A stretch of 57,672 nt of DNA, filler included, from Sphacelaria rigidula (lineage: Eukaryota): the NCBI GenBank assembly GCA_964200075.2. It is 9 parts of 9 records of this genome, joined end to end, with 100 filler letters (N's around TTAATTAATTAA, not from the genome) between each part and the next. Parts side by side here need not be neighbours in the genome. Positions count along the whole stretch, not along the records: positions 1 to 6,320 come from CAXNAA020020802.1; positions 6,421 to 12,740 come from CAXNAA020020803.1; 7 more parts are not named here. One strand, written 5' to 3'. This document shows, one piece after another, positions 1 through 9,959 of the stretch. Position 1 is the first letter of the stretch. Each line of letters begins with the position of its first letter. Below the pieces are notes generated by a model, which saw nothing but the letters and a program-made list of their open reading frames with translations, ran no database searches and was not told the origin of the DNA. A program made the translations under genes and the position numbers.

Positions 1-27
1 GTTCTGTATACCCTTACATGGGGTGGT

Positions 28-109
28 AGCCTGTGACCACGGAAGAAGTCCGAGTCAGATGCCCAGTACAGCATTGCGCAGATACTGGAACGACTTTTTA
101 ATGTTAAGA

Positions 110-146
<37 letters not shown>

Positions 147-170
147 AACAGCAGCAACAACATCAACAAC
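28..170 (+). repeat. Retroposon-like 3' end with (CAA)n tail; other copies at 12841-12905 (+), 17349-17443 (+), 38362-38418 (-)
   Basis: Shared sequence TAGCCTGTGACCACGGAAG...GATGCCCAGTAC...GCGCAGATA...GGAACG...TTTTAATGT...AAGACAACAAC followed by CAA repeats, in four copies on three contigs. Confidence 0.75.
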
Positions 171-610
171 AAGTCGGATGTGCCGCGGCCGCAAGTCTTG
201 GTATCGCAAATTCTAGTCTGGATCAGGGGCTCCCAACGATTCTAGACGCAGACGAAAATGGATCAGAACATCCCTATTTAGCGGCCGATCATTGAAATCG
301 AGGATGGAGCTTTTCATCCAGGATGACAACCAGCACACGTGGACAGATAGCACGCTGTGGAGGGGGTCTACAGGGTTTCCGTACCCTGCGCAGTGTTACT
401 GGCGGGAATTTTACGTACAGTGTTTTCCAGCGTAGCACAGGACGCTCCACAGGGTTTATTTAGAGTGGTCATGAATAGTGTGCATCACAGGGTTCCGTCG
501 CCCCGTGAATAGTTCATCGCTGCTGGCAATGCTATGCAGTGTGTTTACACACAAACACTACCCACCACATGCAGCTGCGGGCACAAGGTACTGGCGGAAG
601 AAAGAACTAA

Positions 611-686
611 TGGGATCGGACGGGGATTCGAACCCCCGACTTTATTGTTGTATAGTTAACCGATTACGTACTGAGCTACGCATGGT
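611..686 (-). repeat. tRNA-derived (SINE head-like) sequence or degenerate tRNA
   Basis: The minus strand reads GCGTAGCTCAGT (A box) ... GGGGGTTCGAATCCCCG (B box/T-arm) ... CCCA. Acceptor and anticodon stems do not pair. Confidence 0.55.
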
Positions 687-2041
687 AAACGTTGAGAGTG
701 GTACATATTCTCTGTACTTCTGAATTTTGGGGCCCTCAAAGGTCCGTGTCAATAACACTGAAATCCCCCGCATTGTTTTTAGAGGCACAAGTGCAATGGA
801 AATCTGGAACTTGGACAGCCTCTGCTGTTCGAAATAAATCCTAATTCCAAACTTGTAATAATAGGGGGAAAAGGGTTCATTTCGAAGAGCTTAAGTGGTA
901 CAGATAATCCCATATACATTATATATAGGAGATGGAATTTGTGCACCGCCAATACCTGAAATTGGGTGGAGAAAGAACTTGCTCGCGAGCAGCTTCAGCT
1001 GTTCAAGTCCCGCAGATACTGCACGCAAGCTTTTGTTGCAGCTGACGTAATTATAACGGAACGCAAATTACCTCGGTTATGAATGCATATACCTGAGAAA
1101 AACCCGTAGTGGCGACTCGACCAAACTAAAACAATATACAGGGAATAATGAAACATCTCATCGCGCGGTTAATACTGCGTACTCGGGATATATACTCACA
1201 AGCATAAACTGTACTGGACTGTACAATACCATTGCATGCGGGACAGTGCGCTAAACCGTGCTTATACGTGCGGCGCCATGTACTGCAGATGGCTGGCTAT
1301 ATATACAATGTAGTTGCCTGCAGCTTATTTTGATATATGGGGGTGTTATATACCGTCACGAACTACACGCGCGCGTCCCACAGCATATGCGCATCGCACA
1401 GCTGCTGCAGCACAGTAAGTAGGGCGTGAAAGGGAAGGGGAGAAGTACAGTACAGACAGCGCAGGACAATGTATATATATATGTTCTCTACCTACAGTGC
1501 GACGTGAAAAGGACTTGAACAACGTGCAGCATATCGTACGGCCTTCTGTATGTTGCACTATGTTATCGGTGCGCGTTCAGCATGCATATGCGGTGAGTGT
1601 TTATGCATAATAGGCGGCCGGTTAATTGTTCTTTGCACTCGGCTACACCCCACGTATGTCGTCGCCGCGCGATGTCGCGATTATGAAAGAAGATGCTCAA
1701 GATTCCACCAACAAGAAATACATCATATCCACCCACGGCAGTGTGTATGTGTCTATATCCCTGTGCCCAACCCGTGCTATTGCTGCAGGCGGGTTGTGGT
1801 GATTTTATAGCCGGTCGGTGATGAATACGGGGTATATATCCTGGGGTGATGGTCTATATACTATTAATATACCATTGATTAAGCAACTTTTTCCAAACAT
1901 GGTTCGTGTTGGTAGACCAAGGAATACGGGGTTTATGTGAAGTATGTGGATTGATGGGCGAGGTATACCCCGCCCTCCCTATCACGCCTGCTAGGTGGTT
2001 CGTTTGAATCACGGGTGTGGACATAACACACGTATCCAACG

Positions 2042-2509
2042 TGTGGGATCTCTTTTCAGCGAAAGCTGTTGAGAGTTATTCATCCTTTAGCCCACGTATA
2101 CATGGACTGGGGGGCAGAAGGATAAATGCCTTTTAACCAGGTTTTTGGCGTGTCGGATCCCATGCGCTGGTAACGGTGCAGTGTGCAGGATTTGCCCAGC
2201 TGACGCTGCTCGCGATAAATCTCTTTTCCCCCAATCTCCGGATGAAATGGAGGGCAAGGTGAAGATTCATTTCGAGCTTCTTCTGCTGTATAAATTCCAA
2301 ATCTGTCACTGTGCGTGGGATTTGCGCAGCAGCAGAAGCTGCTCGACATAGATCCTTATTTCGCTCATTTCAAAAATGGGAGAAGAAAGGATCGATTTTG
2401 AACAGCTTCTTCTGCTGTTCGAAATAAATTCTTTTTGTTGCTGAAGTATATTGGGCGATAAAAGGACCTCGTTTGAATAGCTTGTTCTACCAGCGAATAG
2501 TTTCCCACA
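2042..2509 (+). repeat. Putative 5' LTR of the Copia element
   Basis: Begins TGTGGGA and ends TCCCACA (short terminal inverted repeat), immediately followed by a PBS-like motif. No 3' LTR is present to confirm the 5' boundary. Confidence 0.5.
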
Positions 2510-2520
2510 GGTTATCAGCC
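2510..2520 (+). promoter_or_regulatory. Primer-binding site (GGTTATCAGCC), copia-type
   Basis: Directly follows the LTR-terminal CA and resembles the GGTTATGGGCC-type PBS of copia-clade elements. Confidence 0.55.
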
Positions 2521-2744
2521 TCGCTTCGCGACCACATAGGCCAACAGGTGCCTTTGCTTCGCGGCCACATAGGTCTTCAGGTCATCAGCCTTCGGTTCGA
2601 GACTACATCGGTCAGCACGAGCGAGGAGGTGTCACATCAAGGTCGCCACAACAGCGACAATCAAGAGTCCAAGAACCATGATCTTTCCAAACGATCTGCA
2701 GGTGTGAAGAGAAACGTTTTATTAGTAACGTGAGGCAGATGAAT

Positions 2745-3780
2745 ATGTCGGGAGAGCCATCTGTGACTCAGCTCGTCAAGAGCATCAACAAGTTCGACGG
2801 CCGTTCATCGAGTGGATGCGCTCTACGCGCGCAATCATTTATTTAACTCATCCGGGGATCGCGGATATCCTCAACGGGGTCGAACGCCCCCGGAACTCGC
2901 AGAAGATCTTTCTGAGGTAGATCTGTCACAACCGGCTGCCTCGAGACCTAGCCCTGCTAGAGCTCGTTCTCACACCACCCACCAGCAGTCGTCCGTTCGA
3001 CCGCATTTCTCATCTGTGGAGGCAACCGCTGGGGACGAGACGATCGCAGCGGTGGATGGGACTGGACCTACCGAAGAAGACCATCATTCTTAACAAGAAT
3101 CTCACTCTCCAAGCGTGGTGTCACATGTAAGGCAGATTTTTAACACGCGTGAGATAGAAAGTTGGGACCGATGCAACCAACAATTGTTCTACGTTTTGTA
3201 CCTGTCCACACCCAGTCCCGCAGCGAGTTATTCGTTGCGTTTCCAGCCGAGGGGTTCAGAGAGACCAAACGGCAAACGTGCATGGGAAGCCTCGATCTCC
3301 AAGTATCAAGATTCTTCGAAGCAGATAATTAGGATCTCGATGAGAGAACTCAACAACGTCTCCATGTCACCAGAGCAGGACCCTGATACTTTCTTGAGCA
3401 AAGTGTATCAGCTTCGGGACGAACTGGACAACGCTGGCGAGGCCATTTCCGAAGAAAGGCTGACTGACATAGTGATAGAAGGTTTAACAAGCGAGTATGA
3501 CCCCATCAAGTACCATGTGTAGCGTGATCCAAATCTCAGTATTCAGAGCACAGAAACAACAATGCTAAATAGGTATGCTAATCGCATGGCGCGGAGAGCT
3601 ACCTCCGGGAAATCGCATGGCCGCGATTCATCACTGCTGGTGACATCACTGTCGAAATCTTTGAATCAACCCCAGAAATTCCGTGGAAATCGCTACACCT
3701 GCGGGAGATCAGGACATCAGGCCAGAGACTGTCGCTCTAAAATGCAGTCAAACAATGCGAACAGGCCTGGAAAATGGTGA
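2745..3780 (+). pseudogene. Copia gag (disrupted)
   Basis: Starts MSGEPSVTQLVKSINKFDG. UBN2-like core NGKRAW...DPDTFL...GLTSEY. Knuckle RYTCGRSGHQARDC has lost its first Cys. In-frame stops end at 3093, 3522 and 3780. Confidence 0.85.
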
Positions 3781-5765
3781 AATTGTGCAGTTTCCATCAT
3801 ACTGACAAGCATGACGATTCTGAGTGTAGATCTCGACAGAACCGCGGAAATGCGACCAACAACGCTGGAAACAACAACAATAGCCATCATCGTCTTAGAA
3901 ACCCCCGCCGTCGAAATAACAACCGTGACAACAGCAGCAGCAACAACAACAGTAGGAGCAACCACAACAGCAACATCGGCAGCAACATCTCCAACGGACA
4001 TCAACCCCAAGTCAACACAGCCGTCGCCGATCCAGCTTCTACAACCGTACCATCGAACAACAACGGCCTACAAACTTCTTCATCAACAGCTGCGACAGTG
4101 ATAGACCCATCTTCACCACCTAACGGTATGAGATTTTCTTTCCTTTCTGGTTCACATGTCACTGATATATCCGATCAAAATTATTTTCAGTTGACAGTGG
4201 ATAGCGGCAGCACTGGACACTTTCTGGATGATCAGTTGCTACCCAATATCGAACGTGAAATGGTCGAGGTCGTCAAACTCGATCCCCCGATGACAATTCT
4301 AACAGCGAGACGTCATCTACTGCATGGTACAGCAAAAGGAGTTTTGAACACCGTGGTCATTGACTCTCAGGGGTACCAACGTTCTGTTCGGCTCCTAGCT
4401 GTGATTGTCCCAGGTTTGGGGAAGCATCTATTCTCCCCTGTGCAAGCTCTTGCAATGGGGGCTTCGACTATATTTTTTCACGAGTCCCATATCGACCTTG
4501 GAAAGTTTAAAGTGCCAATCAACGGTGACAGCAACGGAGCATTGCAGTACATCAGCGTGAGAGTTTCTCGGAAACCGGGTAGTGTTAATAACAGCTCAGC
4601 ATTTACAGCTACAAATATATCAGAAGAATCCATGGGCATTGGGTCAGCCGTTGTTGCAGAAGCCATTCACCACGACATGCCGGGAGGTTCAGCAGTCATG
4701 TCGGCAATAGCGGGAGCAGAACCGACAGCATTGTCTACCACGACAGAAGCAGACATTTGGCATAGGCGACTTGGACATCCCACGGAGCAGGTCATGCGCC
4801 GCCTACTGAATACTCCTGAATCAGGTGTGAACTTTGAGGGGTCACTGTCTCCTTGTGTAACGTGCAAGCTTAATGAAAGTGTACAGGAAGACCACCCAAA
4901 GACTGTAGACTCCACGAATATTTCGGAACGATTGCAACTGGTCAGCACTGACCTAACAGGTCCCATTACGCCCATGGCGCAGGGGGGCTACCGTTACATG
5001 GCAAAATTTGCGGATCACTTCTCGCATTTCAAGGTAGTCTACTCCATCAAAACGAAGGACGAGATCCTAACTACGCTCTGCAGGTTCATCCAAGATTTGG
5101 CTATTCCTTTGGGTCTCCGTGTACACCGTCTGCGGTCAGACACTGGGGGTGAATACATCGCGGACTATTTTAAGAGGTACTGCAAGACTACGGGTATCCG
5201 TCAAGAGTTCACCAGCCCATATACTCCTCACCAGAATGGCATCAGTGAAAAAGACGGGCGGAGTATCTTGAACGTTACACGTTGTCTCCTGAACGAATCG
5301 AATTTGCCGAAATTCCTTTTGGGAGAAATTGCTGCAACTGCGGTCTTTTTAATCAATCGCCTACCGCACACGAGCATCGGCGGCGATACACCATATTATC
5401 GGATGTTTCTTAAGCAACCGAAGCTATCATCCTTGCGGACAATCGGCTCGAGGGCGCTTGTGCACAGGGACCGTCATCACAGTAAGTTAGAAGAAAAGGC
5501 TTGGGAAGGGGTGCTAGTAGGGTATGATTCCGATAGTCCGCCGTACCGCATTTACAACCGCTACTCGGGAAAAACACCCAGCTCCAGAAACGTCACTTTT
5601 ATCGAACAAGTAATAGGAGCTCCTTACAGTGATGAAGACTTTTCGACATTGGATATCCAGGAACCCGACGTATCTGCAGTTGATCAGGAACAACATGACG
5701 ACACAAAAAGCTTCAACATAAATATTTACGATGATATAGCTCAGCTAGAGGACAGCACCACGTAG
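3774..5765 (+). CDS. Copia polyprotein fragment (gag end, protease, integrase)
   Basis: 663-aa ORF with DSG protease, WHRRLGH/CxxC zinc finger and DDE integrase core. Ends at a premature TAG before RT. Confidence 0.9.
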   Translation: MVKLCSFHHTDKHDDSECRSRQNRGNATNNAGNNNNSHHRLRNPRRRNNNRDNSSSNNNSRSNHNSNIGSNISNGHQPQVNTAVADPASTTVPSNNNGLQTSSSTAATVIDPSSPPNGMRFSFLSGSHVTDISDQNYFQLTVDSGSTGHFLDDQLLPNIEREMVEVVKLDPPMTILTARRHLLHGTAKGVLNTVVIDSQGYQRSVRLLAVIVPGLGKHLFSPVQALAMGASTIFFHESHIDLGKFKVPINGDSNGALQYISVRVSRKPGSVNNSSAFTATNISEESMGIGSAVVAEAIHHDMPGGSAVMSAIAGAEPTALSTTTEADIWHRRLGHPTEQVMRRLLNTPESGVNFEGSLSPCVTCKLNESVQEDHPKTVDSTNISERLQLVSTDLTGPITPMAQGGYRYMAKFADHFSHFKVVYSIKTKDEILTTLCRFIQDLAIPLGLRVHRLRSDTGGEYIADYFKRYCKTTGIRQEFTSPYTPHQNGISEKDGRSILNVTRCLLNESNLPKFLLGEIAATAVFLINRLPHTSIGGDTPYYRMFLKQPKLSSLRTIGSRALVHRDRHHSKLEEKAWEGVLVGYDSDSPPYRIYNRYSGKTPSSRNVTFIEQVIGAPYSDEDFSTLDIQEPDVSAVDQEQHDDTKSFNINIYDDIAQLEDSTT

Positions 5766-5989
5766 GACAATTCACCGACTACAGGGCCGCCTATCGCTTA
5801 AAGGGGGTTGCGTTCAGCCGGCGGTTCTAACCATCATCCTCCTGGACCCGTAAACAAACGGCAAGCCAGTGAGCTAAAGCGACTAGCTTTCATGTCTTCT
5901 GGGGGTCAACATGCTGCAGCAACACTGGAAATGGTATGCCAGTACATAGGCACTGTCGGAGTTGTAACAGGTTACACCGCCCGCATCAA

Positions 5990-6255
5990 TTTCAGTACCC
6001 ACCAACTATCGACAGGCATCGAGCTCACCATACGCGAAGAAATGGAAAGCAGCCATGCTGGACGAAATTTAAAGCATCAATAATCATGAAGTAGCCGGCA
6101 TCATCCCGGCCAGCTTTGTTCCCAGCAACGAAAACATCATTGGTACAAGGTGGGTCTTTAAGGTCAAAGCCGACGGGCGTTTTAAAGCCCGGTTCGTGGT
6201 TCAAGGTTGGTCTCAGAGGCATGGACTCGACTCCGGGGATACTATCGCTCCAGTT
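5990..6255 (+). pseudogene. Copia reverse transcriptase N-terminal fragment
   Basis: PTNYRQA...KWKAAMLDE and RWVFKVKADGRFKARFVVQGWSQRHGLD..DTIAPV, with stops and a frameshift. Confidence 0.85.
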
Positions 6256-6320
6256 TGGACACTTTCTGCGATAGCCCCCCCCCCCCAAAAGTGCATGGTT
6301 TTGGGAGGCAAAATCTTAAC

Positions 6321-6420
6321 NNNNNNNNNNNNNNNNNNNNNNNNNNNNNNNNNNNNNNNNNNNNTTAATTAATTAANNNNNNNNNNNNNNNNNNNNNNNN
6401 NNNNNNNNNNNNNNNNNNNN
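6321..6420. other. Artificial contig spacer (N44-TTAATTAATTAA-N44); same spacer at 12741-12840, 19161-19260, 25581-25680, 32000-32099, 38419-38518, 44837-44936, 51255-51354
   Basis: Eight identical 100-nt spacers with a six-frame stop linker. Intervening segments decrease monotonically from 6320 to 6318 bp. Confidence 0.97.
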
Positions 6421-7074
6421 TATCGGGTATACCTTTAATAGCAGAACTGTATCTTTTATATGCCCTTCACCCATATGTCATAATCCAATCACCATATCTA
6501 TTTCCAACTCATCCAGGCCTGTCCGCGTGTATCCAACATTGAGTGTGAGTATACTCGATTAACCAGGTGACCTACCTTCGCGGTCAAAGGGTTAACCTGT
6601 TCTTTCACTCTGCTCGTTTTTTTTACCCCTCTCTTTGTTTTACTCTTTCTCGAGCTCCCCTTAGCGAGTATAATCTCGTATTTATTGTTACATCTAGTAT
6701 CCGTACTTCTTTTTGACCGCGGCTGATTTCCTAGATGATAGGAAAATGCACTACAATCATCACATTCATCGCAGTCGCCATCAAAAGTGATTTTCCAGGT
6801 ACGATTGACCTTTCACTGCAGCAAGGCGACTCTTGAGGTCGTGGGTGTTGAGTGTACAGTATGTGTCATGCTTGATGTACCCAAAGTAGCTACACTTCCC
6901 ATCATTTTATGTACGTTATTACTCGGCACGCTGGTCACAGTAGGGCCGTGAGGGTTTTCTTCATCAAAACGCTTGGCTTTTTGGCGTGCTTCGAGGATCT
7001 TTTTGTCCCACCGCAACGAAGCATCATGTAGTAGTACAGTACGTATACCTCGTGGTTTATACGCGCAGCCTTAT

Positions 7075-7460
7075 TTAAAATCGGGTTCTGAAGCAGAAGC
7101 TTGCGTTTTCAAAGTTGGCAAGTTGTAATTTTTTAATCATGCACATGTATATGGAATGATTTTTTCGACCAAGATACGGCAGTCCGCGTGCCGTTGATCT
7201 GATGTCGTGAGGCAGCTCCGCGTCACATGTCACGATCGCTGCAACTATGTGCATGTGAAGCAAGCCTTCATGTTACACCGGAGATTGTAGTACGCTGCTG
7301 AACGCAACCGCAGCAACAACCCGGCGCACGTTCTCGATTGCAACAGGGGGGAGGATCATTAACGGGTAGGTAATTTGATAAGACGAGCACACATACGAGG
7401 ATACTCTGCACTTGTATTTCTTGTTGCCCGTGGCGACAACATGAAGTTGTAGCATTTCTA
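7075..7460 (-). pseudogene. Decayed SWIM-finger/MULE-like fragment (tentative)
   Basis: SPV*HEGLLHMHIVAA resembles the SWIM pattern CxCxxFxxxGLLCxHIxA, with the Cys residues lost. Confidence 0.3.
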
Positions 7461-8723
7461 TGCCAGGACATCCATAGGAATGGTGTTATCCGTTGTGTTG
7501 TGGCGCACGCATAGCTTTTTGACGGGGAAACGTGTCGGAGAGTTGAAGGTCAGACCGATGTCCACCCGTCGGTGTGTATCATGCAGAGAAAGGCCGGCTT
7601 ATTTCCTTTCGATGATAACTTGATCGCGTTGGTATCATAGGTTGTAATGTGAACCAAATAGTATAGCCCTCTTTCCTCCCCTTGAGCAGGGCCCGGAAGT
7701 TGTAGGTAGATAGGCGCCTGCGTCGCGGTGTCGCTAGGTGTACTCAATAGGTGAAATATTGTCTCGTTGGAACCTTGTTGCGGTTGATATTTGCCTCCTT
7801 CTATGATTTCGGCATCATACAGAAGGGCTGCAATGTCGGTGTATGGGTATCTAGCTATTTTGAACCACTTCAGTTGTGTCCAGGTTCGGCCAATATCCGT
7901 CCGCGCGATACGTGGGCAATAAAATACAACTTTCATGTGGTGATGTCTAGCTTTCATCTCGTTTCAAGGAACCCTTGAACTGTTGTTGGTATCGGCTAAA
8001 AATCGTGGACATTTTTGTATGCACGAAACGTAAAGGCAAGACGTTCTATATTCGGTGTAGATGTGTTGGACTTTCACATCTTTCAGCGATTGTCCAGACT
8101 ACGCCAGGGAATACATTACGCAAGATTTTGTGTCATGTGTTGGTCTTGTTTATTGTATCAGATGTAGTGATCGTATGTCTTGTTCTCATTTCCATACTTC
8201 ATATCTGAGCGGTGGTTGTGTCTTGTTCTTCTGGAACTCGTGAGAGAGAATGCATGACGACATAGCGTCCTTCCGAAATGGCCACGCCGGAACCTGCATC
8301 AACAGCATCAATCGTGTCGTTTCACGTCTTGTCGTGTCGTGTTGTTTCATTCGATTCTGCATGCTGCTGTTGCACGTCACTATTTTCAGAGGACGGCCAC
8401 TGTTGCTCAGGCGTTTACTGTGGAAAACGCGCGTTTTTCTGTGTCTTATTCTTCGTTCCTTCCTCCGTCCTTCCTGTCTTTTTTCTTGCCTCTGGCTTTC
8501 GTTTTGGTTCGTTACATTTCTTCTACTCTCTTGACATGGCCTCGTTCTTGAGTTTCCTTCAGCGAGTAATCTCCTTTTGTACACCTGAAAAAAGTGTCCA
8601 TGCCATCAACACAGGTGGATTCCCCGGGAACTAGTCTATGTGAGCAGTCGATCAATCACTCGCTTCATCAATAATCTCGTGACCATGGCTAGGTCCCTCG
8701 GGGATAAGTATTGTTTGGAAATA

Positions 8724-9590
8724 CAGTGGGAGGCTCTCAATAGTGCCGGTTGAATAGTGCCAACGACCTATATAATGCCGGTCAAATCTCCGGGCACAGC
8801 CAGAGCTCGCAGTAGTGCCACCCGGCACTACTGACAGATGACCCTCAGTAGTGCCGGTTTGAACGGTTTTGTACCCTCAACAGTGCTGGTTCCGCCGCAC
8901 TCACGCATGCCTTACCCTCCACCAACCAAGCACCAGTAGGGGTACAGCAGGGAGGAGTCGTGTCTAGTTTGCTGCATCGGAGTGTTTTTTTTCAAGGTCG
9001 TTTGTTTCTCTCTCTCCTTGTCTCGGTAGCCGGTAGGAAGTGAAAAGGGGTGTGGTTCATTTTTTCTCGCTCACTCAGTGTGGTGGGCGGTGTACTCTTT
9101 CGTGAGTTTTTTCCCACACCAGATGCCGCACCTTCATACTGTAGTTGCGTTGGGTGCAGATGTGTCCTTGTTTTTCTTGTCGGGAAGGTCTTTCGGCATG
9201 AGCAATTGTTGTGGTCGTACTAATGTTGTTTGTTCTAGGAGGGAAGGAAATGATCAACCTGTGAACAGGATCAATCAAGTTGAATGTGAAAAACAATAAA
9301 ACATCGGGTTTAGTTCTGCTACCCCGAAACCTCACGTGACGCGCATCCTATCGAAACCCCTTGAAACAAAGGTCCTCGTCAGTTTTGTGCTTCCGTTGGT
9401 CCCACGAAGGGCAAGCGTAGCACTCTACGAACGGACGGTGGCCAGTAGTGTCAGAACCGGCACTACTGAGGTATTTAGAGCCTTCGATTGCACCTGTTTT
9501 GGCACTTTTCAGAGTAGTGTCGGGCTCTCTGAGTAGTAGTGCCGGTGTCCGTGGTGGGCACATACCGGCACTACTGAGAGCCCCCCACTG
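8724..9590. mobile_element. Non-autonomous Tc1/mariner(pogo)-type element
   Basis: 26-bp TIRs CAGTGGGAGGCTCTCAATAGTGCCGG / CCGGCACTACTGAGAGCCCCCCACTG, TA on both flanks, and subterminal AGTGCCGG repeats. Confidence 0.88.
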
Positions 9591-9959
9591 TATACACATA
9601 GCTCATGTCCAGGCTGTATTGTTCCTTCTGTTGGTTTCGACTAGATAGCGAACAGCGATACAACGTAAAGCGGTTCAACTAAGCTGTGAACCGTGTAGTG
9701 CGTGTGTGCCGTTTCATTCAAGTCTTTGATGTAGATATCTTCACACGTGTAGCCACACAAGCACGTAGGGTTTTGCAGTAAGAAGTGTGCTGCCATTGTT
9801 TGTTATGTAGCAGTGTACCGTATCAAGGTAGGTAGGTCACGTAGCTTGCAGTCGATCTAGCCTGCGAGCTGGAAAGACTAACGTCAGCAGCAGTATTGAA
9901 TTGAGGATACGAATTGATCTTACGTACGTGTAAGACCTTTGGATATTGCACTCTCTCTT

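Larger units (their letters stand above)
2042..6258 (+). mobile_element. Ty1/Copia LTR retrotransposon, degenerate, cut off early in RT
   Basis: Copia domain order: gag, zinc knuckle, protease (VDSGSTGH), GAG-pre-integrase (WHRRLGH..CVTC), integrase (TDLTGP/SDTGGEY/NGISE), SH3-like region (KAWEGVLVGYD), RT start (WVFKVKADGRFKARFVVQG). Contains stops and frameshifts. Confidence 0.95.

Noticed and set aside
611..686. Functional tRNA gene
   Set aside because: Acceptor and anticodon stems do not form.
6365..6376. TTAATTAATTAA recurring every ~6.4 kb as a periodic biological signal
   Set aside because: It is embedded in N runs and is an assembly linker with stops in all frames.
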